From: Candidatus Sigynarchaeum calidifontis
GTDB lineage: Archaea > Asgardarchaeota > Lokiarchaeia > Sigyniarchaeales > Sigyniarchaeaceae
Assembly: GCA_030587475.2 (NCBI GenBank)
Contig: JAUQYZ020000024.1
Coordinates: 1-44,086 of the forward strand
DNA: 44,086 nt
Direction: 5' to 3'
In this document: positions 8,714 to 19,616 of the stretch, in pieces
Layout of the letters: the number at the start of each line of letters is the position of its first letter
How positions within the stretch are numbered: the first letter of the stretch is position 1
The notes under the pieces: model-generated
What the model saw: the letters and a program-made list of their open reading frames with translations, nothing else
What the model was told of the DNA's origin: nothing
The model's database searches: none
Position numbers and translations under genes: made by a program

Positions 8714-11347
8714 ATGAGATATCTTGTCATCAGCGGGCTAGCGCCGGTGGACGCGCTGGTGGATCCAGAGAGCCGGGTGTATTTGTGCCCTGCGCCACGG
8801 AGCATCAAGTTCCTTGCAGGTGCTGTTGAGATCACGAACACGGCCACGCTCGAGACGAGCGAGATCGAGGACGCGTACTTGCTCGGGCAGATAAACGAGG
8901 AATTATCCAGATATAACGGCAATGCCTTTTTGCATGGCATGGTCGCGGGCAAAACGCGCGATTTCGCGGCCACGCTCGGCAAGAACGTGACGGTGCAAGG
9001 GGCAGAGGGGTACTACCTCGAGGTACTCAACGACACCATCGTGATCGCGGCCAACGGGCCCGCGGGCTTGTTCTACGGCATCCAATTGCTGTACCAGCTG
9101 CTCGTCGAGGACGGCAAAAGATTGCTCGTCCCGAGGGTTCAAGTGGTTGACTACCCGAAAATGGCGATCCGAGGGCTCTCGCAAGATGTTAGCCGGGGGC
9201 AGTCTCCCAGCGTCGAGGCCGTGAAGCGGCACATCAAGATCATGAGCCGGTTTAGACTGAACATGTACATGTTCTACCTCGAAGACATGTTCGCCTTCAC
9301 GAAATACCCGCAAATCGGCAAGGAGCGGGGGGCGCTCACGGCGAGCGACGTGAAGGAGATCGAGGCGTTCGCCAGGCAGTACCACGTCGAGATCGTCCCC
9401 ATCTTCCAGAACTTGTCGCACATGGAAAACATACTGCTCGATCCGGAGATCAAGAAGCTCGGGGAGTTCCCCGGTGCGGGCTGCCTGGACCTGAGCAATC
9501 CCAAGATATACGACTTCTTGCGCGACCTCCTCGCCGAGATTGCCCCCGCATTTTCCTCGACGAGATTCCACATCGGGTGCGACGAGTCGTGGGACGTGGG
9601 CACCTACAAGGCACGTGAGTTCATCGAAAAAAAGGGCATGGGAAGGGCCTTGCTCGATCATTACTTGTGGGTCATGGACGAGCTCAAGAAACACGGGAAA
9701 AAGACCTTTTTCCTCTACCACGACATTGCATTCAAGTATGACGAGGTGCTCACAGGATTACCGAAAGAGGACGTGATAATGGTCTTCTGGGAATACAGCG
9801 TCAAGGAAGACTGGCCGGACATCGACCGCATTGCCAGCTTCAAGGTACCATTCGTCGTGAGCTCCTCGGCATTGTGCTGGATGGCGCCGTTTCCCGACTT
9901 GACGAGGTCGTTCTTGTCGAACAAGAAGCTCATCGAAAACGGTCTTCGAAAGGGAGCCGTCGGCCAGATCAACTCGGCATGGGGCGATTGTGGCCAGGAG
10001 AACTTCCACGAGAACAACCTGCCGTGCTTTTGCTATTCGAGCGCCTACTCGTGGAACAATGACAATTTCGACGACGGTAAATTCATCGACGCGTATTGCA
10101 AGGCGATGTACGGCGTGACAAGTGCGCGCTTCCGGGACTTGTTCGCAGCCGCGAGCAGCATCTTCAAGGAGTTTCCGTCGCGTTACCTGCAGCACTGGCT
10201 CGGTTTCTTCTGGCGGCACCCGTACCACAGCATCGCCCTGGACAACGTCCACCCGACCATCAGCGAGGATGATCACATGGAGATTCACGAGAGCCTGGTC
10301 TACCACGAGGACGACATGGAAGCGCAAAAGCCGCTTTGCGAGAAAATCATCGCTTTAGCGACCCAGCTCAAGGCCGAAGTGAGGCGCAATGGGAAGAACC
10401 TGGAATACTACGAGTTCGCCGGAAGGTTGCTGCGCTATTTCATCCACAAGATCCAGACTACTGCCATCGTCACGAACATTTGCAAGGACGGGATCGACGC
10501 TACCAAGGTTGCAAAGGTTGAAGCGCTTATCCAGCCCATCATCGCCGAGATCAAGGACTTGCGCAGGCGCTTCGAGGATCTTTGGCTTAACTGCGCAAGC
10601 CGGCCGATGCTGGATCGTATCCTCCGGTTCTACGACTGGCAAATCTTCTGGCAGCAACAAAAAATCGAGCAAGTCAAGGCAGGCATCGCGTGGGTCAACC
10701 CGTACATCGAGAGCGCGTGGATCGCGTTCGATGAGATCGACCAGCACCAGGAACCCCGGTATTTCCGCAAGGTGTTCGACCTATCACCGTCGGAATTCGA
10801 GGGCCTCGTGCGAGCGCACGTAGAGGTGATCCCGGGCAACTATGCCGTGCTTTATCTCAACGGGAAGGAGGTGGGATTCGCCCAATGTAGTTACCAGAAC
10901 GCCGCCCCGGTCATTGACCACAACCTGGAGGCATGGGACATCAAGCAATTTCTGAAGCCAGGCAAGAACGTGATCGCCGTGGAAGCCACCAACTTCTTGT
11001 TCGGCCAGCCCATTCTCAACGTGTATGTGGAACTCGCGGGGAAGGATGGCACGGTTCGCAAGGTGCTCACAGACACGAGCTGGCGTGCATCGGCTAGCGC
11101 TGCCAGGGGCTGGAACGTGAACCCCTCGTTCGACGATTCCTCATGGAAAGCCGCGATCAGCATCGGCAAGCCGCCCAAGGTCATGGGCGAGATATGCCTC
11201 CCGCGATTCGATCTCGGCGTGGCATGGAAGTCCAAGCACGGCCACCATGGCTTTTGTCGCATCCTCAGGCACAAGAAAGCTCCGAAACTGGAACAACCGC
11301 TCGATATCTTGTCGGACTTTAATTTTTTCAGCGGTAACGTTCTATGA
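8714..11347 (+). CDS. GH20 beta-N-acetylhexosaminidase-like protein with C-terminal beta-sandwich domain
   Basis: DYPKMAIRGLSQDVSRG, catalytic HIGCDES; C-terminal YFRKVF...LKPGKNVIAVEATN resembles rhamnosidase N-terminal domains; start taken at ATG 8714. Confidence 0.88.
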   Translation: MRYLVISGLAPVDALVDPESRVYLCPAPRSIKFLAGAVEITNTATLETSEIEDAYLLGQINEELSRYNGNAFLHGMVAGKTRDFAATLGKNVTVQGAEGYYLEVLNDTIVIAANGPAGLFYGIQLLYQLLVEDGKRLLVPRVQVVDYPKMAIRGLSQDVSRGQSPSVEAVKRHIKIMSRFRLNMYMFYLEDMFAFTKYPQIGKERGALTASDVKEIEAFARQYHVEIVPIFQNLSHMENILLDPEIKKLGEFPGAGCLDLSNPKIYDFLRDLLAEIAPAFSSTRFHIGCDESWDVGTYKAREFIEKKGMGRALLDHYLWVMDELKKHGKKTFFLYHDIAFKYDEVLTGLPKEDVIMVFWEYSVKEDWPDIDRIASFKVPFVVSSSALCWMAPFPDLTRSFLSNKKLIENGLRKGAVGQINSAWGDCGQENFHENNLPCFCYSSAYSWNNDNFDDGKFIDAYCKAMYGVTSARFRDLFAAASSIFKEFPSRYLQHWLGFFWRHPYHSIALDNVHPTISEDDHMEIHESLVYHEDDMEAQKPLCEKIIALATQLKAEVRRNGKNLEYYEFAGRLLRYFIHKIQTTAIVTNICKDGIDATKVAKVEALIQPIIAEIKDLRRRFEDLWLNCASRPMLDRILRFYDWQIFWQQQKIEQVKAGIAWVNPYIESAWIAFDEIDQHQEPRYFRKVFDLSPSEFEGLVRAHVEVIPGNYAVLYLNGKEVGFAQCSYQNAAPVIDHNLEAWDIKQFLKPGKNVIAVEATNFLFGQPILNVYVELAGKDGTVRKVLTDTSWRASASAARGWNVNPSFDDSSWKAAISIGKPPKVMGEICLPRFDLGVAWKSKHGHHGFCRILRHKKAPKLEQPLDILSDFNFFSGNVL

Positions 11348-11519
11348 CGTGATTGCTGTCTAGCCTTTTTTTCCCGATGTAATTCGCGGCTGTGCGGCCA
11401 CCCGTGTCGCTCTGGAGTTGGAAACCGAACAATTTGATAAAAATTAGCAATTATAAAATGGTGATTAACGCGCAAGATGACTCGAACCGCTTGATCTCAA
11501 AAACGTGACATGGGAGAGT

Positions 11520-12491
11520 TTATGCATTCGTGACCATGAATACCGACATGGAATACGCGATCTGGTCGAGGGCGGACTTGAGCGCATCGTCATCGGACGT
11601 TTCCCGCGCGATTGCGAGGTAATATGCCTTCCCGTTCGCATCGAATTCGCGGATACGCACGACGCGGTTTCCTACCTTTGCAGTAACGAGGTTCGTCTCC
11701 CCGAGGGATGCACCCATTCTTGTCCGCTTGAACTCTGCTAAGGCTTTTATGGCCGCCGTGGCCAGGTCGATCAGCTTGTCGGCGGCGACCTGCATGTCCT
11801 TGGCGAAGTGTTTTCCGAGCAAGTTGCCATTTTCATCGAGCAACAAGGAAAGCAAGACGCCCGGTACTACTTCGGAGATGTGCTCGAGATAAGACTGGAT
11901 GCTGTCGAGACGGGTTATGAACGATGACCAGATATCGAAGAAAGCAGCATAGCAAGACCATTCATCGAAGATCGATGTCTTGTAGAATTCATAGACGGAG
12001 AACGAGCTGAGCCTGGCTGCATTGATGAATTTATCTCGCAGCTGGTTGTATTCCTCGCGAACCGGCTTGGCCGGGTCGTTGTATTCTGCCTTGTAGGTGT
12101 CGTCAAACTTGTGGAAAAACACGTAGACGCGGGGAGAGAGGCGCAATCCCTTGAAAAGCTTGAGGATCGACTCGAAATACCCGAGTGCAACTTTGTATCG
12201 CACCCGGTCTTGTAGATCGACGACGAAGACACAAGCTCCCGTTTCTAGAAAATACTTGTTAGCCTGGCTAAGATATATATGCCTGTATTGTTCCTGCCCG
12301 CCAAGATCATGCAAGATAAATGACTGGCCGAGTATCTCCGCCTCGCGTCGCGAGACCCCTTTCGTCGGATTCATGGAGAGGGTATTGACCATCTTGTTTT
12401 GAACCAGGTCAATGATGCTGGTCTTCCCGGCGTTGTCTAGCCCGGCAATGAGAATTTTTTTCTTGTCAGCCGTTATCGCGTAATCTTTCAT
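11520..12491 (-). CDS. Small GTPase (Rag/Gtr- or Arf-like) with C-terminal roadblock/longin-like domain
   Basis: G1 GLDNAGKTS, G2 PT, G3 DLGGQ, G4 HKFD, G5 KTSI; C-terminal LLLDENGNLLG alpha/beta domain. Confidence 0.88.
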   Translation of the reverse strand: MKDYAITADKKKILIAGLDNAGKTSIIDLVQNKMVNTLSMNPTKGVSRREAEILGQSFILHDLGGQEQYRHIYLSQANKYFLETGACVFVVDLQDRVRYKVALGYFESILKLFKGLRLSPRVYVFFHKFDDTYKAEYNDPAKPVREEYNQLRDKFINAARLSSFSVYEFYKTSIFDEWSCYAAFFDIWSSFITRLDSIQSYLEHISEVVPGVLLSLLLDENGNLLGKHFAKDMQVAADKLIDLATAAIKALAEFKRTRMGASLGETNLVTAKVGNRVVRIREFDANGKAYYLAIARETSDDDALKSALDQIAYSMSVFMVTNA

Positions 12492-12671
12492 GATTATCTA
12501 CCTTTGCGAATACATTTCCAGACCTGGAGGGACGGCAAACCCTTTTTGGGATCTTGTTGTCTCGCCATGTCGCTTCTTTAAGTCTTGCGATTTCGTTTGA
12601 TATGTTCTTGATAAGCACCACGTGCACGCGGACGAGAAGAGTTTAAACTCACGTTTGCGAACTCTCGGATC

Positions 12672-13529
12672 ATGGTGCTTATAGAGGTGATCAAAGCTCG
12701 CCCGGGCCAGTTGGAAGCGGCTATCAAGGAATTTCCCGCCGCGTACGTGGCGCTCGGGTCGATCGAGTGGCACGGCCCGCACTTGCCGCTGGGCTTTGAC
12801 GGGCTGAAGGCTGAGGCGCTGGTGAGGCGCGTCGCCGATCGGATAGGCAAGGGGGTTTTATTCCCGACGATGTACTGGCGGGATTACCAGACGATGAATT
12901 TCCCATTCACGTTGCACACGCCGTCGTTCTCCGCCAAGGACATCGCCCGCCAGCTGTATGACATGGGATTCAGGGTTATCGTGCTTGTAACGGGACACTA
13001 CCCGCTGGCACAGGTCCGGAACGTGCGGGGCGCGGCCACGTGGCTCATGAGAAAACACGATGATGCGTATGCAATTGGCATTCCCGAGCAGTTCTTGCTA
13101 CAAGATCTTGGCTATATCGGCGACCACGCGGCGAAGGACGAGACATCGATGGCGCTTGCACTGCTTCCCGGGCTCGTGGATGTCTCTTTATTGCCCAAGG
13201 ATTACAACTACATAGAACGCTGCACCCGGCTGGGTGTCATGGGCCACGATCCAGTGATCACTGCCAATGCCGAGTTCGGGGACAAGGTCGCGAGTGCATT
13301 CACCGACAGGCTTGTGTCCATCATCGAGGCCGCATGGAACGGCAAGACCCAAAAGCCTGTATGGGACATGTATCGCGAGGCAGACCAGCTCGCCAAGAAA
13401 CACCAGAACATCTTTAAAATAGCCGCATTCATCGAGGCACAAGGTATGGACTCGAAAAGGGACTTGCTCTCGCTGGCAAAATGGTATCTCACGTCCCACG
13501 CGAGACGGAAGAATGCAAGAAGCTCTTAA
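12672..13529 (+). CDS. Creatininase/creatinine amidohydrolase family protein
   Basis: GSIEWHGPHLPLGFD, TGHY, DHAAKDETS. Confidence 0.88.
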   Translation: MVLIEVIKARPGQLEAAIKEFPAAYVALGSIEWHGPHLPLGFDGLKAEALVRRVADRIGKGVLFPTMYWRDYQTMNFPFTLHTPSFSAKDIARQLYDMGFRVIVLVTGHYPLAQVRNVRGAATWLMRKHDDAYAIGIPEQFLLQDLGYIGDHAAKDETSMALALLPGLVDVSLLPKDYNYIERCTRLGVMGHDPVITANAEFGDKVASAFTDRLVSIIEAAWNGKTQKPVWDMYREADQLAKKHQNIFKIAAFIEAQGMDSKRDLLSLAKWYLTSHARRKNARSS

Positions 13530-13606
13530 CGTGTACCTTTATTAAACGGTATTGCTGTGGCTCGCGTATCAAGTTAAAAAAACCGGCCGATGGATTGGAG
13601 ATCATC

Positions 13607-14689
13607 ATGACTGAAATCGTGTATCATTGTCCTGAGAAGGTCAAGCACATGGAAGCAAACAACACGCTGCCCAAAAAAATGGAAAGGATGCTTGACCAAG
13701 CCGGGCTCGAAAACATCGTGAAAGGCAAGAAGGTATGCATCAAGATGCACCTTGGGGGCGGCATCGGGTACACGACCATCCACCCCGTGTTCGTCCGGAC
13801 GCTGGTCGACGCGATCAAGAAAGCAAAGGCCAAGTCCGTGTTTATATGCGATGGATCCGCAAAGGATGCAGAAAACAGAGGCTATACAAAGCGTTCCGTT
13901 CACGCACCGCTTGTATCGCTATTTGGATTCGGTGGTAAAACAATGCGCGTGCCTATCAACTTCAAGACGTTCGACACCGCTGACATCTCGAAAAAAGTTC
14001 TCGATGCAGACGTGCTCATCGTTTTAAGCCATTTGAAAGCCCATGGCGATTGCGGGTTCGGCGGCGCGGGCAAGAACATCGCGATGGGCGTGGTGCCCCC
14101 GACTACGCGAGCGAAGATGCACGCGCTGGAAGGTAGCATCAAGTGGGATGGGACAAAATGCAAGCATTGCAAGAAATGCATCGAAGAATGCCCGAACAAA
14201 GCCAACAAGTTCAATGACAAGGGCGAGTTCGAAGTTTTCTGGCACGCGTGCAAGTATTGCCGGCATTGCATCCTCGCTTGCCCAGAAAAAGCTCTCACGA
14301 CAGATGGAAATAACTTTGGCGATTTTCAAGAAGCCATGGCACGCGTGATCAAGCACGTGCTTGATCATTTCGGCAAAAACAACGTTTTTTTCATTAATGT
14401 CTTGAAAAACATCACGGTATTTTGCGATTGCTGGGGCATGTCATCTGCAAGTCTCGTTCCTGATCTCGGCATCCTCGGTTCACGGGACATCGTCGCGATC
14501 GACAAGGCATCGCTCGACATGGTCAAGGAGGAGAACTTGATACAAGACGGGCTTCCCGAGGATTATACCCTCGGCGAGGGGGCTCATCTCTTCGAGAAGA
14601 TCCACGCCAAGAACCCCTATCTTCTCGGCGAGATCTTGCAGCGGCTGGGAAACGGCTCGACCGAATACGAGATCAAGCGGGTGGATTGA
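13607..14689 (+). CDS. DUF362 family protein with 2x[4Fe-4S] ferredoxin insert
   Basis: IKMHLG, SHLKAHG..GFGGAGKNIAMG, two CxxCxxCxxxCP, CDC, SRDIVAID; SD GGAG before ATG 13607. Confidence 0.9.
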   Translation: MTEIVYHCPEKVKHMEANNTLPKKMERMLDQAGLENIVKGKKVCIKMHLGGGIGYTTIHPVFVRTLVDAIKKAKAKSVFICDGSAKDAENRGYTKRSVHAPLVSLFGFGGKTMRVPINFKTFDTADISKKVLDADVLIVLSHLKAHGDCGFGGAGKNIAMGVVPPTTRAKMHALEGSIKWDGTKCKHCKKCIEECPNKANKFNDKGEFEVFWHACKYCRHCILACPEKALTTDGNNFGDFQEAMARVIKHVLDHFGKNNVFFINVLKNITVFCDCWGMSSASLVPDLGILGSRDIVAIDKASLDMVKEENLIQDGLPEDYTLGEGAHLFEKIHAKNPYLLGEILQRLGNGSTEYEIKRVD

Positions 14690-14725
14690 CTATTTTGCGC
14701 CTTCGCTGAAAGCTTTATCTTCAGA

Positions 14726-15493
14726 ATGTCCAAAATTGATACCATGACATACCAGCCATTCGAAGCACGCGTGCTACCCCTCATTTTCTATTACATTGGC
14801 CTTGCCATTGCCAGCATGATCTTGGCAGTGAAGATGGTGATGAAGTGGAAGCAGCGGAAGGTGCAACCCCCGTTGTTAATGGCAACCATCTTTGCCATCT
14901 TTGTTGTCGCCTTGTCAATGCTGGCCGCGGGATTGGCGGATTCTGCGATGAACGGGGCATACAAGGACCTTTACCGGTTCTCGTTACCGTTCGGGTACAC
15001 CATGATCATTCTCGCCGACATCGTGCTCTACAAGTTCGGCATCGTGATGACCAATCGTGGCAAGAATGCGTTCATGACGATCGTCGTCATTGGTATCGTA
15101 CTTGCAGCCGTGCTTTTCTTGCCGTGGAACTGGTGGGGCTACCCAGATGCGGACATCGTGGATCAAGTGAGCATCCGGTTGTATTCCACGCTCGCGCTCA
15201 TCGTGTATTCTTACATCATTTACATCACGATCGCTAGCGTGTGTCACAAAGCCTTGGCGGACGCGAAGGATCCTGTCGCGCGCGCGGGCTTGAAGCTCAT
15301 GTCCTGGGCAATGATTTGCATGATCTTGTTCTTTCTCATGTTCGTGTTCGACACGCTCCTCATCGTTATATTAAAGCATCCGGGCTATTCCGAGTTCGTG
15401 TACGCCGCGTGGGTGTTCGCGGTGGCGTTCTACGTGCTCATGTACTTGTCCGTGGTCATGCCCGAGTGGTTCGTGAAACGACTCCGCAAGTAA
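14726..15493 (+). CDS. 7-TM membrane protein of unknown function
   Basis: About seven hydrophobic helices, terminal MPEW motif. Confidence 0.8.
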   Translation: MSKIDTMTYQPFEARVLPLIFYYIGLAIASMILAVKMVMKWKQRKVQPPLLMATIFAIFVVALSMLAAGLADSAMNGAYKDLYRFSLPFGYTMIILADIVLYKFGIVMTNRGKNAFMTIVVIGIVLAAVLFLPWNWWGYPDADIVDQVSIRLYSTLALIVYSYIIYITIASVCHKALADAKDPVARAGLKLMSWAMICMILFFLMFVFDTLLIVILKHPGYSEFVYAAWVFAVAFYVLMYLSVVMPEWFVKRLRK

Positions 15494-15530
15494 CCTTATC
15501 TCATCACTTCATTTTCCGGGATTGCTCGCC

Positions 15531-16325
15531 ATGCATCTACCCAAGAATGTCTTCATCATCACCGATCTCGAAGGTGCTGCCGGCGTTCATCGATTCGACC
15601 AAGCGTGCGCGAAGAGCCAGGAGATCCGCGCAGCAAGGCGGGAACTTACCAGGGAACTGAACGCGGTCGTCCGGGGCATAAATGATCTCGACAAGGGGAT
15701 CCGCGTCCACGTGTGGGACGGCCACGGTGCGGGCGGACTAGTGAAAGAGGAGCTGCTCCCCGTCACGAAATACCTCCCGCCCTCCCGCGTCGACGTGCCC
15801 GGGTACTTTCGTGCCGAACGCATCGACGCGCTGGCCTTCGTCGGGCAGCATGCCATGAGCGGCACGCCCGGGGCGAATTTGTGCCACACGATGTCCCACG
15901 AAGCCATCAAGCACTACAAGCTCAACGGCACGGAGGTCGGGGAATTCGGCGTGTGGGCTGCGGTGGCGGGCGAGCTGGGCGTGCCAACGGTTTACCTGTC
16001 GGGTGACGACAAGGCTTGTGCCGAGGCAACACGACACGTGCCGGGCATCATCACGACGGCTGTCAAGGAAAGCAAGGAACTGGAGCAAGCCATCGACTTG
16101 CCCGATATCGAGGCCCGCCTTCATAACGATATCCAGGTAGCTCTACGTGGCGCCGATAGCGTACGGCCGTTCGACATCGGCAAGCCCGTGGCGCTGGAGA
16201 TCGCTGTGTATCGGATGCGGCACGTGGGAAGGATGATCAAGAGAGGAGCAAAGCTCCGCGGCTGGAAGGAGGCCGTTTTCCACGCGCCGTCGATGCAGGA
16301 CCTCCTGGCCCGGGGCATCATCTGA
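15531..16325 (+). CDS. M55 family (DppA-like) D-aminopeptidase
   Basis: TDLEGAAGV, DGHG, VGQHA, HTMS, LSGDD, AVKE. Confidence 0.88.
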   Translation: MHLPKNVFIITDLEGAAGVHRFDQACAKSQEIRAARRELTRELNAVVRGINDLDKGIRVHVWDGHGAGGLVKEELLPVTKYLPPSRVDVPGYFRAERIDALAFVGQHAMSGTPGANLCHTMSHEAIKHYKLNGTEVGEFGVWAAVAGELGVPTVYLSGDDKACAEATRHVPGIITTAVKESKELEQAIDLPDIEARLHNDIQVALRGADSVRPFDIGKPVALEIAVYRMRHVGRMIKRGAKLRGWKEAVFHAPSMQDLLARGII

Positions 16326-16363
16326 TGCCGTGCTCGCTCTCGCCACCGCTTCTTCAAAGAAAA

Positions 16364-17152
16364 TCATTGATTGGACTTCGACAAGTGGGTAACTACCGTT
16401 GACGGCCTTGTACTCGTTCCGATGGAAATCCTTCCCGAGATTTTCGAGAATCTCGTGGCGAACGCGGAAACCCCGTACGCGAACATGACGAGCCCGGCGA
16501 TTTTCAAGATTAATGAACTGAAATAGACGACGATCCTGGGGAGTGACGCCAGGATGGCTTCGGTTGTGATGGTGGCCCCGATCGCGTATGCGATGATGCC
16601 GAAGGCGATGAGTAGGCTCGGGATCTGGTATGGGGAACGCTGCCGGCCCATGTAAATGAAAAAAAACGGCAAGATTATCGTGACGCAATTGGCACTCAAG
16701 AGAAACATCGAAACGAAGTCAAACTCGGCTTTTGAATTCACGGGAAAGAAATACAAGCACGTTGCAAACGCCGCGATCATGTATGCGAAGATTCCCTTGA
16801 ACTTGAACTTGAAAATGCGGTAATCGGTCACAAACATAAACACGGCGTAGCCCATGCTGGCGATCAACGTCGCTGTTTTCCAATACCAGATAGCGGGGGA
16901 CAAATGATAAACACCCGGATCGAACCGGGTCCAGACGAAATCAAATTGCATGTAGATGAGACGTGAAACGATGAGACATACCACGAGGATGATCACGCTG
17001 AAAGCAAATCCGAATGAGAATTTTCCCACGGCTTTTGTATGGTCATATTCTTCCTTTGAAAGGAATGCTAGCAAGCCGGCCTTTGCCGTGACAAGGAATA
17101 CCGACAATATCAAGAAAATGTTTAGCTCCCGGTCCGGGATCATCATGATCAT
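16364..17152 (-). CDS. 7-TM membrane protein of unknown function
   Basis: About seven hydrophobic helices; start uncertain (17143-17215). Confidence 0.78.
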   Translation of the reverse strand: MIMMIPDRELNIFLILSVFLVTAKAGLLAFLSKEEYDHTKAVGKFSFGFAFSVIILVVCLIVSRLIYMQFDFVWTRFDPGVYHLSPAIWYWKTATLIASMGYAVFMFVTDYRIFKFKFKGIFAYMIAAFATCLYFFPVNSKAEFDFVSMFLLSANCVTIILPFFFIYMGRQRSPYQIPSLLIAFGIIAYAIGATITTEAILASLPRIVVYFSSLILKIAGLVMFAYGVSAFATRFSKISGRISIGTSTRPSTVVTHLSKSNQ

Positions 17153-17612
17153 GATGGTTTCCTCGCTGAGGTCGAAACGTGGTGGTATCGAGTAACATGC
17201 TTGCGAAAAAAACAAAAAAGAATTTGTAGGCCAATTCTTGGCCGGATAAAAAAATGCTGGTACTGGCCTTCTTTCAACAATCCGGTCGATATTGGCCTGG
17301 AAAATTCGACCTCGACGCCTAAATCAACCAGCTGCATTTTTTAAGAATAACGTGGTTCTCACAAGGACCGGGCCCATATCGAAGGGGTTGTTGCATCGTA
17401 GATCTCTTCCCTTGAGAAGCTGAAGGTCGAGCTGCTGTGTGGTAAGGCCGAGTATCAAGGCATCCATCTCGATTTCGCAAGGCTGTTACCGGCGCTGAAA
17501 CAAGCGTGAAAAGGCCGGATCGAAATCGTGCAATGTCCGTTTTTGACCCCTATCGTTTTATATATTCCTCCTCGGTTGTGATACTCGGAACAATTGCGGA
17601 GCAGCATGCAAC

Positions 17613-19402
17613 TTGAAGGTGGGCTTAACGTTGAGACAGACCAGAGACAAGAACGTGGCATTGATAGGTTTTTTCGCCATCATCATTATCGCAGTATCTC
17701 TCACGATGATGCAAAGCGAAAATGGGAGCAATCGAACGGGATTACAAGGTGTAAAGACAATGGCATCATCTTGTGCCTTGAACATCACCAGCATCGTGGA
17801 CATCACCGGAAGGGGGACATACATTAGCGGTGAAACGTTCACGGTGCGCGTGCACTATGCTAACACGGGGGACACCGCCGCATCGTGGGTTGATGGCGTG
17901 CTCGTCTTTAATGGATACATGTATTTGTCATCGAATAACCCGGCGGCCGTCGCCATTCCCGCGAATTCAACGGCATATCAAGACTTCGTGGTCACGGTCT
18001 CGGCAAACGCGACGAACGCGGTGGTAAGGATCGATTGCATCGCGACCGGCGTTGAAAATGGAACCGGCCAGCCGCTCATCGTGGAATCACTTGATAATGA
18101 CCTGGAGGTGGTGATTCAAAAGCAAGCAATCGTCTCCATCACGAGTCTCGTCGATCTCACGGGCCAGTCAGGCTACAATGCCGGGGAATCCTTCCAGCTG
18201 CTCGTCACGTATTCGAACACGGGTGGCACGGACGCCACCGTCGACGCGATGCTCGATGACGGCGCGTACACGCTGCTCACATTCAGCAACCCCGATGCCG
18301 TCATCGTTCCCGCGAGCGGTACCGCCAACCAGACCTTCCGGGTCGACGTGTCCGCGGGCGCCGCGACGGCGGTCGTGACCATCGTGGCGACGTGGACGGG
18401 CATCGAGGCCTTGAGTGGCCGGTCAATCAGCGGCGACGTGCCGCCGGACACGAAGACCATCCAGATCGGGTATCCCCCCGAGATCACCATATCGGGCCTA
18501 TCCGTGTCGGGTGGCGGCGTGTACGTGGGCGGTATGAGTTTTAGCTTGACCGTTGCCTTCTCGAATACAGGCACGCTAGCTGCCAGCGTCGACGCCGCGA
18601 TCGATGATGGCCCTTATACAGGACTTACCTGGAACAACCCCGCGCCCGTCATCGTCCCCGCGAACGGCTCGCAAACACAAATGTTCACCGTGACATGCTT
18701 GTTATGGAAGGCTTTCAAGGCACGCGTGGCAATGCATCACGATCCTTCAGCAAGCTCGGTGCCAAGGTTTATAACATCGCCCAGCAAATGATGGACAAGC
18801 ATTATTGCATCAACATGTCGGATCTGGTCATCGCTTGCACGAGGTTTATAAAAAACGCGACCAAGCAGGAGGTCATCGAGGAGATCGACCGACTAGAGCG
18901 GGAAAAAATCTTCTTCGATGGCAAAGCCCTCACGGTCGATGCCGTGCTGGAAAACCCGACGCGGAAGGAAATTTTCGAGATCGTGTCCACCAGCCCCGGC
19001 ATCAACTTTACTCGCTTGCGGAACACGACCGGCAAGGGAAACCATTTGCTCGCGTGGCACTTGGCCGTCCTGGAGAAGTTCGGGTTCATCAGGTCTGCCC
19101 CGATCGACGGCTCGCTGGCCTATTTTCCGAAAGCAGCGCCTCCAGAGCATGACGTGCTTAATGCGTTCTTGAACAAGCCTGGCCTGAGGGACTTGCTTTT
19201 CTTGTTCGCATGACGGGGAAAGATGAGGGGCAAGGATGTTGAAATCGAGCTCAACCTGCCGCATGCAACCGCGTTCAGGCGGCTACAAAAGCTCATTGAA
19301 CGGGGGCTCGTCCAAGAATTGTCCGATGCGGAAACCGAAGTAACATGGTATGAGTTAAAACCCGAATGGATCGAACCGATACGTGGCTCGCGAGACTCTT
19401 AA
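17613..19402 (+). pseudogene. Disrupted surface-repeat + winged-HTH regulator gene
   Basis: N-terminal TM and about 3 Ig/CARDB-like repeats (xxNTG motif); frame switch near 18693 into an ArsR-like wHTH (LENPTRKEIFEIV..PGI); in-frame TGA 19211-19213; second wHTH continues to TAA 19400-19402. Confidence 0.75.
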
Positions 19403-19616
19403 ATTCTTTTCATTCGCATTTTTAATGCTTCATTCGGCGTTTTAATAAAGCGCACCCTTGCTCGAGTTGAACGCTTTATTCCAGGAATTCATGCTGAATG
19501 GTCGCCCACCTTGGGATCTTAGCGATAATCAGAAACTACACTATCTGCTTTTATTAGCACGATACAACCGTTCCTTACGATAGGTTACTAGTTTGATGTA
19601 GATAGAGGCAATTTTC

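Noticed and set aside
17230-17560. Possible gene remnant in intergenic region
   Set aside because: Only short stop-interrupted frames with no recognisable motif.
19211-19213. In-frame TGA as selenocysteine
   Set aside because: Lies in a wHTH linker with no redox-Cys context, no SECIS-like element is seen downstream, and the gene carries a second lesion; a nonsense mutation is simpler.
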